NCBI GenBank assembly: GCA_964572155.1
Contig: CAZNDZ010000003.1
Location: 74,224-138,223, forward strand
Direction of reading: 5' to 3'
DNA from: an uncultured Planctomycetales bacterium
Lineage (GTDB): Bacteria > Omnitrophota > Gorgyraeia > Zapsychrales > Fredricksoniimonadaceae
DNA length: 64,000 bases
Below the pieces are notes generated by a model. That model was not told where the DNA came from and searched no databases. It worked only from the letters and a program-made list of their open reading frames with translations. A program made the translations under genes and the position numbers. Each line of letters begins with the position of its first letter. Positions within the stretch are counted from its first letter, which is position 1. Below, piece by piece: positions 20,785-34,560 of this stretch.

Positions 20785-22472
20785 GGTTGATCCAAGGCGT
20801 AAATTTCTTCGATATTATGCAAAATGCCACCATTAGGACTTGGGCGTAAGTTTCCAAAACGTTGACGCACGGCAAACATGTTGGCCCCAAGCACCGTATA
20901 AATCACGGGCAATTGTTCACTGGCGATCAGCTGAAACTCATCGTATAAAACCTTGCGTTTATTTTCATCCAATTCCTGAACACCTAGATTAAATATTTCA
21001 TCAATGCGTTTCTCCCACAGGGTTTCAGGCTTTTCCTGTTTAGGGTTCCATAAGTGCAATTGGCCCGTCGATACCCAAACGTTCTGACCAAAATGAGGTT
21101 CTATGCCCCCTGTTAAACTAAGCATCACCGCTTCCCAATCATAGGTAGACATCACCTTGCTAACCAAGGAATTAAACTCCAACAATTTAACATTCACTTT
21201 CATCCCAATCCGTTCTAAATCAGAACGGATAATCCCAGAAACCTGTTCACGATCGGATGTCCCTGACGTAGGAACCGACAAGGTAAATTCAACCGTGTGG
21301 CCTTGGGGATCTTCTAAGATGCCGTCCCCGTTATTATCTTTAAATCCTTCTTTAGCTAGCAATGCTTTGGATTGATTTAAATCAAATGGATAGATTGCAG
21401 TATTGGCATTATAAAGAAAACCTGAACTTGGGCTCATCGGGCCCCATTGAGAATACCCAAAGCCACTATTTACAATATCAATGATTTTTCCCTTATCAAT
21501 CGCATGTGCAATCGCTCGACGGAAATTAACATTTTGAAACCATGCTAACTTTATAGGATCAACATAGTACTTTGACGTCTTTGGGTTAGTACGGGAATTT
21601 AAATTTAACACCAAGAAGCTCGAGCCAAAATCAGCACCAGTATTATAAATTTTAAAGTTCTTTGATACCTCCATTGGCTTAAGCAAAGGATAATCTCTTC
21701 CACGAACGTCTATAATATCAATCTCCCCATCGATAAACTTAAGCAACGATGTGTCGGGGTCAGCAACGATTAACATGACAACTTTATCCAATCGGGGTAA
21801 CGCATGACCATCCTTATCTTTTTTCCAGTAATGAGGATTGCGTTTAAAGATGAGACGTTCGCCTGGGGCATATTGGTCTAAATAAAACGGACCCGTACCA
21901 ATGATCTGTTTTGGCGGTGTATTGATCCCCCATGTGAAAGGAAATTTCTTTTTCGCAACGGCATCTTGCAAACAGTGCTTTGGCAAGATGGCTTGTGACA
22001 TACTGCGCAAAAACGGCGCAAACTTGACGGGCAACGTAAAACGCACGGTTAAATCATCGATCTTCTCGACTTTAAACCGTTTACCTTCAATCGTAAACAC
22101 ATCTTTAGAAGATGATGGGATATCATCATTATAGATCAAATCATTAAAGGTAAAGACCACATCGTCGGCAGTAAAAGGTTTGCCATCAAAGAACTTAACA
22201 TTGGGCCTTAAATGAAAAACCCATTGCAATCCATCAGGTGAAACCTCCCAACGTTCTGCTAGATTTGGAATGACTTTGAGCGTAAATGGATCTGAGGTCG
22301 TTAAGCCCTCAAAGAGAAATGATGTAACAGCGGATGAGGATGTTTCGGTTGCAACAATGTCGTTAAATGTTTTTGGATCTGAGGATGTATCAATAACAAG
22401 GCTGCTGGCCTTGGCCTGACTGGCCAAGGCAGCAGCCATGAATAAACCGAGGAGAAATTTATTTAACCGCAT
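20781..22472 (-). CDS. ABC transporter substrate-binding protein, family 5 (peptide/nickel)
   Basis: Signal peptide and family-5 SBP-like size (563 aa) with matching motifs. It is first in the five-gene transporter operon. Confidence 0.8.
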   Translation of the reverse strand: MRLNKFLLGLFMAAALASQAKASSLVIDTSSDPKTFNDIVATETSSSAVTSFLFEGLTTSDPFTLKVIPNLAERWEVSPDGLQWVFHLRPNVKFFDGKPFTADDVVFTFNDLIYNDDIPSSSKDVFTIEGKRFKVEKIDDLTVRFTLPVKFAPFLRSMSQAILPKHCLQDAVAKKKFPFTWGINTPPKQIIGTGPFYLDQYAPGERLIFKRNPHYWKKDKDGHALPRLDKVVMLIVADPDTSLLKFIDGEIDIIDVRGRDYPLLKPMEVSKNFKIYNTGADFGSSFLVLNLNSRTNPKTSKYYVDPIKLAWFQNVNFRRAIAHAIDKGKIIDIVNSGFGYSQWGPMSPSSGFLYNANTAIYPFDLNQSKALLAKEGFKDNNGDGILEDPQGHTVEFTLSVPTSGTSDREQVSGIIRSDLERIGMKVNVKLLEFNSLVSKVMSTYDWEAVMLSLTGGIEPHFGQNVWVSTGQLHLWNPKQEKPETLWEKRIDEIFNLGVQELDENKRKVLYDEFQLIASEQLPVIYTVLGANMFAVRQRFGNLRPSPNGGILHNIEEIYALDQP

Positions 22473-22827
22473 TCACCACAGTGTTTACTTCTTCTTGCAT
22501 TGGTTTAGGTGCTTCCACCTTAACTGTTACAGGTGACTCTTCTGCCTTTGCAGGTGCTGCAGCAGCAACAGGCAACAAGGCTTTATTCTTTTGCATCAAA
22601 GATTTTTCACCCTTAGCCCCATAAAAAGCTAAAACCAAAGATGTGACTAAGAATATTGCCGCTAAAATGCTGCTTGTACGTACTAAGAATGTATTGGTTT
22701 GTGTACCAAACATGCTTTCGGCAGACGCAAAACTTTCAGCTAAACCACCGCCGCGCCCTGCTTGCATGAGGATGGTGATGACCAAAAAAATACAGGCTAA
22801 GATATGAACGACTAAAACAAAAGACAT
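22459..22827 (-). CDS. secG: preprotein translocase subunit SecG
   Basis: ILMQAGRGGGLAESFAS...MFGTQ is the canonical SecG motif. There are two TM helices and a Pro/Ala/Lys-rich C-terminal tail. Confidence 0.85.
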   Translation of the reverse strand: MSFVLVVHILACIFLVITILMQAGRGGGLAESFASAESMFGTQTNTFLVRTSSILAAIFLVTSLVLAFYGAKGEKSLMQKNKALLPVAAAAPAKAEESPVTVKVEAPKPMQEEVNTVVNAVK

Positions 22828-22845
22828 GATGATTTCTCCTTAAAA

Positions 22846-23613
22846 TTAAACAGCTGTTTTAACAGCTGCTTTTACAATCGCCGCAAATGACGGTGCTTTA
22901 AGCGAAGCCCCACCAACCAACGCTCCATCAATATCAGAGAGCGCAATTAACGACGCAATATTATCTGGCGTTACACTACCACCATACTGAATGCGCACCG
23001 ACGCTGCCACGTCCACATTGAATAATTTCCCGAGTAACTGACGGATATATTCATGCACTTCTTGGGCTTGCTGTGGTGTTGCTGTTTTTCCTGTACCGAT
23101 CGCCCAAACAGGCTCATAGGCCAAGACCAACTTTTTAACTTCTTCAGCGTTCAATCCTGCTAAAGAACCAGTGACATGATCCTTAATCACATCAAATGTT
23201 TTATTGCCTTCACGTTCTGCTAAATTCTCACCGACACAAACAATTGGCGTTAATTGATGATTCAGCGCCGCACGGATGCGCTTGGCAACGGTTTCATTGG
23301 TTTCACCAAAGAATTGACGGCGTTCACTATGACCAATGATCACGTATTTAACGCCCATGGATTTAAGCATTGGCGCAGAGACTTCGCCGGTAAAAGCACC
23401 ACTATCAGCCCAATACACATTTTGTGCTCCGACGGCAATATCATGATCGACCAATTCATCGATCACCGCATCCAACGCTAAAAAAGTTGGGCAAACTACA
23501 ATGTCAACACCTTGCACATCAACCAATTCACGTTTTAATTCAACAACCAATTGAATGGCTTCTTGTGGGGTCTTATTTAATTTCCAATTTCCTGCAATGA
23601 TGGGTTTACGCAT
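22846..23613 (-). CDS. tpiA: triosephosphate isomerase
   Basis: IIAGNWKLN, catalytic region IIGHSERR, AYEPVWAIGTGKTA, GGSV. Confidence 0.95.
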   Translation of the reverse strand: MRKPIIAGNWKLNKTPQEAIQLVVELKRELVDVQGVDIVVCPTFLALDAVIDELVDHDIAVGAQNVYWADSGAFTGEVSAPMLKSMGVKYVIIGHSERRQFFGETNETVAKRIRAALNHQLTPIVCVGENLAEREGNKTFDVIKDHVTGSLAGLNAEEVKKLVLAYEPVWAIGTGKTATPQQAQEVHEYIRQLLGKLFNVDVAASVRIQYGGSVTPDNIASLIALSDIDGALVGGASLKAPSFAAIVKAAVKTAV

Positions 23614-23615
23614 AG

Positions 23616-24806
23616 TTAAGCTTTCTTATCATTTAGAGCCGCGATGCCTGGCAATGTTTTGCCTTCGAGGAATTCTAATGAAGCACCACCGCCGGTTGAA
23701 ATGTGTGAAAATTTATCTTCTAAACCAAACTTCGCAACTGCTGCCGCTGAATCACCACCACCGATGATGGTTGTGATATCAGTGCCATGCAAACTTGCTA
23801 AATAATCTGCTATCGCACGTGTTCCCTTAGCATAGCGTTCACGTTCAAATACACCTAAAGGTCCGTTCCAGACAACTGTCTTTGCCTTCGCAAGGATCGC
23901 TTTATAATGTTCGCGCGTCTTTGGACCAATATCTAAACTTTCCCAACCATCAGGGATCACATCAGAAATTTTGCATTCATCACTGGTGAAATTTTCGGTG
24001 ATCACAAAGTCCGTCGTCAAGGCCATTTCAACGCCAGCCTTCTTAGCTGTTTCTAACAATTCTTTGGCTAAATCAATCTTATCCTTCTCTAATTTAGAAT
24101 TACCAATGGCAATGCCTTGTGCTTTAAGGAAGGTGTATGCCATCCCGCCACCGATGATGATGCTGTTCGCCTTAGGAATTAAATTCTTTATAAGTTCAAT
24201 CTTATCAGACACCTTTGCCCCGCCTAAAATAACCACGAGAGGACGTTTTGGATTATTGATGGCACTACCCAAATAGAGCAATTCTTTTTCAATCAAAAGA
24301 CCTGCAACGGAAGGCAAATATGACGTGATGCCTGCGGTTGATGCATGAGCACGGTGTGCCGTACCAAAAGCATCATTCACATAAATGTCAGCCAATGTTG
24401 ACAAAGACTTGGCAAATGCTGGATCATTCTTTTCTTCTTCTTTATGGAAACGTAAATTTTCTAATAAAATGACGCGTTCTTTTGATTTCGCAATGGCCGC
24501 AACCACATCAGAACCAACGCAATCTTTGAGGAATGCCACAGGTTGATTCAGCAAGGTTTGTAAATGATCAGCGACAGGTTTCAAACTGAAATCTGCTTCA
24601 AAACCAACGCCTTTAGGACGACCTAAATGGCTCATTAAGATAACTTTGGTAGCCCCATGGGATAAGGCGTATTGAATGGTTGGCAATGCCCCTACAATGC
24701 GACGGTCATCGGTGATCTTACCGAATTCAAGCGGCACGTTAAAATCAACACGGACAATGATCTTCTTACCTTCTAATTGCACATCTTTAATTGTTTGCTT
24801 ATTCAT
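23616..24806 (-). CDS. pgk: phosphoglycerate kinase
   Basis: [33 protein letters not shown]. Confidence 0.95.
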   Translation of the reverse strand: MNKQTIKDVQLEGKKIIVRVDFNVPLEFGKITDDRRIVGALPTIQYALSHGATKVILMSHLGRPKGVGFEADFSLKPVADHLQTLLNQPVAFLKDCVGSDVVAAIAKSKERVILLENLRFHKEEEKNDPAFAKSLSTLADIYVNDAFGTAHRAHASTAGITSYLPSVAGLLIEKELLYLGSAINNPKRPLVVILGGAKVSDKIELIKNLIPKANSIIIGGGMAYTFLKAQGIAIGNSKLEKDKIDLAKELLETAKKAGVEMALTTDFVITENFTSDECKISDVIPDGWESLDIGPKTREHYKAILAKAKTVVWNGPLGVFERERYAKGTRAIADYLASLHGTDITTIIGGGDSAAAVAKFGLEDKFSHISTGGGASLEFLEGKTLPGIAALNDKKA

Positions 24807-24854
24807 AAGCCATCCTTGCTTTAGTTAATTGCTGTGTAGAGCGTTATATTTTAA

Positions 24855-28140
<3,286 letters not shown>

Positions 28141-28143
28141 AAC

Positions 28144-29565
28144 CTAATACGCCCCTTTTCCTTTTAAGACGACTGGAATTGTTTGAGCCAATATATACAA
28201 ATCCAAGCCGAAAGACCAGTTATTAATGTACCAAATATCCCACTTGACCAAACGACCAAACGACACGTCGCTACGTCCTCGGACTTGCCATAAGCCCGTG
28301 ATCCCAGGACGTACCCCTAAACGTTTTAATTGTTGCAAATCTTCTTTCTCTATCTGAGCGATCGGTAAGGGTCTTGGGCCAACCAAACTCATATCCCCTT
28401 TGATCACATTAAAGATTTGTGGTAACTCATCTAAGCTATAGCGACGCAAGAATGCCCCAAAACGGGTAATACGAGGATCTTTGCGAATCTTAAAGATAGG
28501 ACCATCCACTTCATTCTTATCCTTCAAGCTCCCCAATAAATCATCAGCATTACTGACCATGCTACGAAATTTATACATATTAAAGATATTCCCCTTACAC
28601 CCATAGCGACGAGAACGATACACTATAGGACCTCGACTATCAAAAGCAATGCCTAAGGCAATCAAACATAAAAATGGCAATAAGATTAGCATGATCAAAG
28701 TAGCTAACCCTAAATCAAAGCATCGTTTGGCACGCATGTGATAGTTAACTTCTCTATCCCAATACGATAAGACAGGGATGATCCCAACATTGTATTTCAC
28801 AGGCTCTTGGCTCATCCATTCATAGCCTTGCGGGATAACACGGACCGTAATATCATGACTACGCGCTTTCTCAAGTACTTGGCCAAACACGTCGCTGTTA
28901 TGATAAATTGTGATAAAAATCTTGTCGATAAAAGACCGTTCAATCAAATGATCAAAATCTGCAATCTTACCAATCACAGGCCACTGGCTGCTGCCGATCG
29001 TGCCTGTTTTATAATCATCTAAGAATCCAATGATCTTAATCCCAAGCTCAGGACGTTTCTTGATCTCTTCAGCCAACAATGTGCCAACCTTACCTGCCCC
29101 AATGATGACAACATTAAAATTGTTATAGCCATGTTGCACCAAATAATAGACAACAAACTTCTTAAACACACGCCAAATGGAACAAAATGCCATGATGACA
29201 ATCGCATTTAGCAACATGACACTGCGTGGAAAATCATGAACCTTAAGCAAATAAACCAAAACAATGACCGTCAAGGTCGACATAAAAACAGACTTGGCAA
29301 CTTCCCAAATCTCAATACTCTCTAACTGTTCCCGACGGGTTTGGTACAACCCATGATTTTGATGAAAGAATAAGATTAATGGCGTCCAGATGAGAAATAA
29401 GATGCGAAATGGATTTGCGTCGGAGATTAAATTAGAAATATTAACGGTAAAAGGAAGTGTGGCAGGTCTAAAAAGTAAAACCAAATAAAACGCGCTTAAA
29501 ATGGCGATGATGTCGAAAATGACATAAGCGAAAATAATGGCGAATTGTTGTTGTTTTGTTCTCAT
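28144..29565 (-). CDS. undecaprenyl-phosphate hexose-1-phosphate transferase (WbaP/WcaJ 'bacterial sugar transferase' family), initiating enzyme
   Basis: N-terminal TM domain, a central Rossmann-like region and a C-terminal GPRPLP...RPGITGLWQVRGRSD motif. Confidence 0.85.
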   Translation of the reverse strand: MRTKQQQFAIIFAYVIFDIIAILSAFYLVLLFRPATLPFTVNISNLISDANPFRILFLIWTPLILFFHQNHGLYQTRREQLESIEIWEVAKSVFMSTLTVIVLVYLLKVHDFPRSVMLLNAIVIMAFCSIWRVFKKFVVYYLVQHGYNNFNVVIIGAGKVGTLLAEEIKKRPELGIKIIGFLDDYKTGTIGSSQWPVIGKIADFDHLIERSFIDKIFITIYHNSDVFGQVLEKARSHDITVRVIPQGYEWMSQEPVKYNVGIIPVLSYWDREVNYHMRAKRCFDLGLATLIMLILLPFLCLIALGIAFDSRGPIVYRSRRYGCKGNIFNMYKFRSMVSNADDLLGSLKDKNEVDGPIFKIRKDPRITRFGAFLRRYSLDELPQIFNVIKGDMSLVGPRPLPIAQIEKEDLQQLKRLGVRPGITGLWQVRGRSDVSFGRLVKWDIWYINNWSFGLDLYILAQTIPVVLKGKGAY

Positions 29566-30305
29566 GATCTTTTCGTTAAGATATCTTCGATTGCAAAATA
29601 AATGTACAAGGCATTACCAATCAAATATCTCTTCCAAAGACGCCCTGGCTCACAGGCAAATCGAAATAACCATTCTAAACCACTTCGCTGCATCCATGCT
29701 GGGGCTTGCGGTTTTGTGCCTGCTAGAAAATCAAACGCCGCACCAACACCGACGATAACAGACACATTTAATCGTGCCCGATGCATGGCCATCCAGAAGT
29801 CTTGTTTCGGTGAACCTAAACCAACCCATAAAATATCTGGCGCCGCATCATTGATGGACTTAATGGTTTTTTCATCCTCCATTTGCACATCTTTATGATA
29901 CGGAGGCGACACCATGCCAACAATTTTAATGAAAGGATGCTGATCCTTTAACTTCTGGCCTAAAACATCAATGACTTGCGTTGTCGATCCAAAAAAATAA
30001 TGCTTTATGCCCTCTGTGCCACATAACAACCGCATCAGATCAGGGCCATATGTCCTTGATACTTCTTTGCAACCTTTTAAATGCGCCAACCAAACAACCG
30101 GCATGCCATCTGGCGTCACCATGCTTGCTTGATTAATCACGGCTCGATACCGCTCATCCCGACGCGCATCCACCAAGGTCGATGCAGGTGCAACGCACAC
30201 ATAAACAGGCGTTTTTTCCTTAACCCATTGGCAAATCTGGTCTTTAGCCGCTAATAAATTAGTCCGACTGACCTTAACTCCTAGTAAATTAATCGTTTGG
30301 AGCAT
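29562..30305 (-). CDS. WecB/TagA/CpsF family glycosyltransferase (GT26)
   Basis: 247 aa with a family-typical N-terminus (LLGVKV...) and central DG.PVVW motif. Confidence 0.8.
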   Translation of the reverse strand: MLQTINLLGVKVSRTNLLAAKDQICQWVKEKTPVYVCVAPASTLVDARRDERYRAVINQASMVTPDGMPVVWLAHLKGCKEVSRTYGPDLMRLLCGTEGIKHYFFGSTTQVIDVLGQKLKDQHPFIKIVGMVSPPYHKDVQMEDEKTIKSINDAAPDILWVGLGSPKQDFWMAMHRARLNVSVIVGVGAAFDFLAGTKPQAPAWMQRSGLEWLFRFACEPGRLWKRYLIGNALYIYFAIEDILTKRS

Positions 30306-30370
30306 AAGAGATAGATATTATATATAAAATTTATCTAAAGAAAAGGAAATATATTCGCTGAAAAACCATG

Positions 30371-30916
30371 TCATTTATCTACTTTAAAACCTATTTTGGT
30401 TTTTTTATACGCATCATCGGGATAAGTCATCAATCTCTTGATTGCTTCAAACACCACCTTAAATTGATTGTCGTATTTTCTCTCCATTTCCTCAATCTTA
30501 ATCCTTAAGTCCTTATGTGTATCCATCATTTCCCTTAACTTTGAAAAAGTTCTCATGATTTCTATGTTAACTAAAACAGCCCTTTTACAGGTAAGTACAC
30601 TTGATAGCATAGCAACCCCCTGCTCAGTAAAGACAAAGGGCATATGCCCTCCTAGGGACTTTCTAGAAGCTATCACATTTTGTGATACCAACATTTCAAC
30701 TTCTGATTCCTGTAATTGAAACATAAAATCAGCAGGAAAACGATCCATGTTGCGCTTAACTTGTTGTCTTAATGCAATTGGTTTAACGCCATATAACAGC
30801 GCAATATCACGATCAATCATGACGCGTAATGACCTAATTTGATGGATCTTTTGAACAACATGATCAGGGCTTACTACAGATGATTTTGCTAAAATAGACA
30901 TAAAATCTGCTTTCAT
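30371..30916 (-). CDS. ORF6N domain protein (KilA-N-like DNA-binding, antirepressor-related family)
   Basis: IRSLRVMIDRDIALLYGV...LRQQVKRNMDRFPADFMFQL...PFVFTEQGVAMLSSVL...VNIEIMRTF matches the ORF6N consensus across the whole length. It is flanked by the two longest intergenic gaps of the locus. Confidence 0.75.
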   Translation of the reverse strand: MKADFMSILAKSSVVSPDHVVQKIHQIRSLRVMIDRDIALLYGVKPIALRQQVKRNMDRFPADFMFQLQESEVEMLVSQNVIASRKSLGGHMPFVFTEQGVAMLSSVLTCKRAVLVNIEIMRTFSKLREMMDTHKDLRIKIEEMERKYDNQFKVVFEAIKRLMTYPDDAYKKTKIGFKVDK

Positions 30917-30986
30917 TATGCGGGGGAGTTATTTGTGTAGGTTTTTCAACATAACAATCGGGGGAATTGTTATTTATTACGTTAAC

Positions 30987-31014
30987 ATATTATCAAAGCA
31001 AACTAATCTGTCAA
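30987..31014 (-). promoter_or_regulatory. near-consensus sigma70 promoter TTGACA-N16-TAATAT driving the ORF6N gene (and possibly downstream genes)
   Basis: The minus strand reads ttgaca gattagtttgctttga taatat. The 5' UTR that follows contains the hairpin AACAAT-tcccccg-ATTGTT (30953-30971) and a second CGGGGGA element at 30921-30928. Confidence 0.4.
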
Positions 31015-31035
31015 ACATGAAATCACACCAACTGC

Positions 31036-32946
31036 TCAACGACCTTTAATGCGGATGAGTTCATCGGGGTAGCTGTAATTGTAGAATAGGGTCTTTGGGA
31101 AGCGTTCGAATGTTTGGGCTCTTTTGGCGTATTGTTGGATTGATTCGACATTCAAGTGGCCATTTGAAACGCCCAAAACCCATGTGATGCCTGCAGCTTT
31201 GAGGTCTTGCTCAACAAGGTTCGCATCTGCATAGGAATCAAAACTCACGACCGATGTATGCCAAATGCCGATTTGAGGTAATGTTGGCGATAAAAAGGCA
31301 GATAACGATGTGACCCCGCCAATCCCCGCATCCCAAGCTGCGCCCGCGAGTTGTTCTTTTTGTGCTTCAAATTCTTTGACCACGGTTTCTTGATTAGGAT
31401 AATACGTCGGTAAAACGTCTTTGATATGTAAGCGATTGAGCAAAACATCAAGGTTTTGTGCAAATGTTGGATAATGTGGATCACCACCTTGGGTTTTAAC
31501 TATCCCCCAACCTTGGAGCGCAACGACAATGATAACTAAAGCACATATCGTCTGATGAAGATGAAAACACTGCTTTAAGATAAAATCTAAGGAAAAGATC
31601 GTCGCCACTGCCATGACAGCAATTCCATATCGAAACATGCGCGGATCTGGGAAGCTGGCCATGAGGGTGCCAACAAGGATGATGATACCAATGCTAAGCC
31701 AAAAACACACTTCACGGAATTGTTCAATATCAACGGTCTTTGATCGCGCCGCAAACATAAACGTGAATGGAAGCGCTACGATCAATAACCAAACCCATTT
31801 TAATGCATTAACACCGGGCCAAATAAACAAATAGCTAAGGTATTTAAGAATGAGATTAGGTTCCATCGGTGCTGGGAAATAATGCGTGAACGTGGTGGCC
31901 ATTGCTCGGCTCCAGTTAAGCGTTTTTAATTCACCAGCCAACGCAGGGAAAAATGGATTCCCCGTCGCTAAAAAGTTTTTAACCAGCCACAATGCACAAA
32001 TCATAACGGCCATCAAGAAAACATAAACCCAGCGACGTTGTTTAATGATGGTTTTAAGCATTGCTATAAGATTTGGCTGAATCAGCATGCCAATCGAACA
32101 TAAGAAAAAGGTCACATAAACCACTTGAAGTTTGTTCGCTAATAACTGGCTTGCAAAAATAAATGCCAACAGCAATCGAAAGGCATCGTTGCGACGCGCG
32201 CTCTCTATGAAATTATACGTTGTGGCAAATAAGAATGCGATCAAGGCAGAATTGATGATGACAGGTGAATTAGCGCCAGAATAAAACATGTGATCGTTAA
32301 ACAAGCATAACATCGCCCCTGCTAAACCATAAACTCGATTAAAACGATACGACAAAAAACCAAAGACAAGTAACACGACAACAACCGTCCACGACGCAAC
32401 CACCAATTGTGCAAATAATGTTTCTTGGCCAAAAAGGGTTATGCCTAAGGCATAAGGGACCGCATTAAAATGCGGCACCAGCACACGCATATCAAGCGCT
32501 GGGGATGCAAAGATGCTTGACCCATGCTCTAACCATAACTTCTGGGCGAATAAATAGGTTGAATGCGAATCAACATCGACAAGAAAGAAGCAATTACGGA
32601 ATAAGAAAAACGCCACTAGCCCTGCGAAAGCCAACAATGGCACATCCCAACGCAGCTTATGCTTTAAAAATATACTTAAGGTGAATTTGAAACCGTTGGA
32701 GAAAATAAAACCAAAATTCAACAACACCAGCGTCCATAAAATACAACCCTTATACAAACCAAGGATGGAACATCCCAGCATTTCGCCAACCACGACGATG
32801 CTGCCAAGCAAGAATATTTCTCCCAACAATAATGCACGGCTATGATTCTTTGAACTTGGTGCCAGCATGCCGTAAACAGCCATGCCCGAAACGATCACGG
32901 ATGCCGCATAGCCTAAGAATGCAATGATTTGTAAGCAGTTCATCAA
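31036..32946 (-). CDS. large polytopic membrane protein with ~150-aa C-terminal soluble domain; unknown function (candidate polymerase or GT-C-like glycosyltransferase)
   Basis: 636 aa with at least 12 hydrophobic segments and no recognisable catalytic motif. Confidence 0.5.
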   Translation of the reverse strand: MMNCLQIIAFLGYAASVIVSGMAVYGMLAPSSKNHSRALLLGEIFLLGSIVVVGEMLGCSILGLYKGCILWTLVLLNFGFIFSNGFKFTLSIFLKHKLRWDVPLLAFAGLVAFFLFRNCFFLVDVDSHSTYLFAQKLWLEHGSSIFASPALDMRVLVPHFNAVPYALGITLFGQETLFAQLVVASWTVVVVLLVFGFLSYRFNRVYGLAGAMLCLFNDHMFYSGANSPVIINSALIAFLFATTYNFIESARRNDAFRLLLAFIFASQLLANKLQVVYVTFFLCSIGMLIQPNLIAMLKTIIKQRRWVYVFLMAVMICALWLVKNFLATGNPFFPALAGELKTLNWSRAMATTFTHYFPAPMEPNLILKYLSYLFIWPGVNALKWVWLLIVALPFTFMFAARSKTVDIEQFREVCFWLSIGIIILVGTLMASFPDPRMFRYGIAVMAVATIFSLDFILKQCFHLHQTICALVIIVVALQGWGIVKTQGGDPHYPTFAQNLDVLLNRLHIKDVLPTYYPNQETVVKEFEAQKEQLAGAAWDAGIGGVTSLSAFLSPTLPQIGIWHTSVVSFDSYADANLVEQDLKAAGITWVLGVSNGHLNVESIQQYAKRAQTFERFPKTLFYNYSYPDELIRIKGR

Positions 32947-32952
32947 TAACCC

Positions 32953-34530
32953 TTATTTAGAATCATCCTGCGTTGGAAAAACAAAAATGGAATCTTTGGT
33001 GTTTACCTCTACCTTAAAATCTGCAAATGCCACATCTGGTTCTGTTAAAACAATATTACCTTCTTTATAACGTGCATTAAATAACAAATCTCGATCTTTG
33101 GGACGCAATACCTCAAGGGCTGATTTTCCCCAATCGGCACGATGTGCATTGCGTAACGAAAAAATTTCTAAGAGCATGCAGCCTATCACCAAAGCCATCA
33201 AAACACGGCTGACATTTTTAAGATAAATAAACACCACTACAATCATCAAACACATGGGTACAAGCAAGAACCTTGTTTGCTGTGAACCCATAAACCATAA
33301 TACCCACCATATGATGATAAAACAGGATAATAATGGAATGCGCTTATGTTTAAGCGCTTCTGCGACGGAAAGGATAAATGGTCCCAACATTAATAAATAG
33401 ATTAATCCGACCGGATAATCAAACACATTATTCACACCCTTTTGAGGAACCGCGATCAGCCAGAAATGTTGAATAAAATCCACGATGCTGCGGCCGTTGC
33501 CATAAGCGTCTTTCATCCCTAAACTATCTTGTGTGCGTTTGGCAATCCATTCCCACTGTGTTGGCGTATATTCAACACCCGCTAAATGCTTATTAAGCCC
33601 AAATGGGTACAACATCCCCCCGGTATAATGCATAGACTTGATCAAATGTGGCACAGCTATCACCAGCGTAGCTAGTACAAAAACCGTCAAAATCTTTTTC
33701 CATTCCCTAAACATTGGTTCATATAAAGGCTCAAAACTAAATCGACAACGATTCGCCACACTGCAGATGACGATTAATCCGATCATAATGGCTATCATCA
33801 TGGGCGGTATAAAAGATTTTGACCAAAAGAAAAAGGCCCATTCAATCGCTGCCAACGCATAGCGACGGGTAATTAGACTATGTATACTTGCTAAAACGAG
33901 GAACAACATCACCATGTCCATCATGGCTGTCCCTGCTTGTATGGCCACCATATGCAAAGCCATGACTGACACCGCAGCTAATGCTGCTTTATTAATACGG
34001 CTAGTTAATTCATAAACAATTTGGTAGACCAGGGTTATTACGCCTAGAAGAAAAATGAACTGCGGAAATTTATTGGGCAATACTGTCGACAACCAAAATG
34101 GACTTAATGCATAATCTAAGGGCAATAGAAATAAATCTGCGACAGACCAGGGGATATGAGCAAAATCATGCGTCAATAAATGTTGGCGCGGGATGGTTAA
34201 ATGATAATTGATCACATCAAATTCTTGAACCAAATGCGGCGGTAAAACTGCGGCCACAAAAGCTATCGATAAATATAAAAAAGCCAATGATCCAAGTATT
34301 AACAGCAACCATGAAGGCTTAAGAAGCAATCGAACTTTGGCTTGCGCTATGACGATACCACTTAAGATAATCCATAACCCCCAAGCAAACCATGATGTAT
34401 GCCCACCAGGCAAGCCAACAACAAACAATTCAAACCAAAACACCACAGTGCCGATGATAAGCATGCACGTCGGTAAATGGCTTAAGGGGATTAGATTTTG
34501 TTGAGGTGCACGACAGCACGCCATAGGCAA
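32953..34530 (-). CDS. polytopic membrane protein, unknown function
   Basis: 525 aa, highly hydrophobic throughout. It sits inside the glycan operon. Confidence 0.5.
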   Translation of the reverse strand: MPMACCRAPQQNLIPLSHLPTCMLIIGTVVFWFELFVVGLPGGHTSWFAWGLWIILSGIVIAQAKVRLLLKPSWLLLILGSLAFLYLSIAFVAAVLPPHLVQEFDVINYHLTIPRQHLLTHDFAHIPWSVADLFLLPLDYALSPFWLSTVLPNKFPQFIFLLGVITLVYQIVYELTSRINKAALAAVSVMALHMVAIQAGTAMMDMVMLFLVLASIHSLITRRYALAAIEWAFFFWSKSFIPPMMIAIMIGLIVICSVANRCRFSFEPLYEPMFREWKKILTVFVLATLVIAVPHLIKSMHYTGGMLYPFGLNKHLAGVEYTPTQWEWIAKRTQDSLGMKDAYGNGRSIVDFIQHFWLIAVPQKGVNNVFDYPVGLIYLLMLGPFILSVAEALKHKRIPLLSCFIIIWWVLWFMGSQQTRFLLVPMCLMIVVVFIYLKNVSRVLMALVIGCMLLEIFSLRNAHRADWGKSALEVLRPKDRDLLFNARYKEGNIVLTEPDVAFADFKVEVNTKDSIFVFPTQDDSK

Positions 34531-34560
34531 TACGCAATTGTGATGAGGATAAAATATAGG

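Noticed and set aside
30306-30370. AT-rich spacer before the GT26 gene containing TATAAT.
   Set aside because: No convincing -35 at the correct spacing. In AT-rich DNA an isolated TATAAT is not enough to call a promoter.
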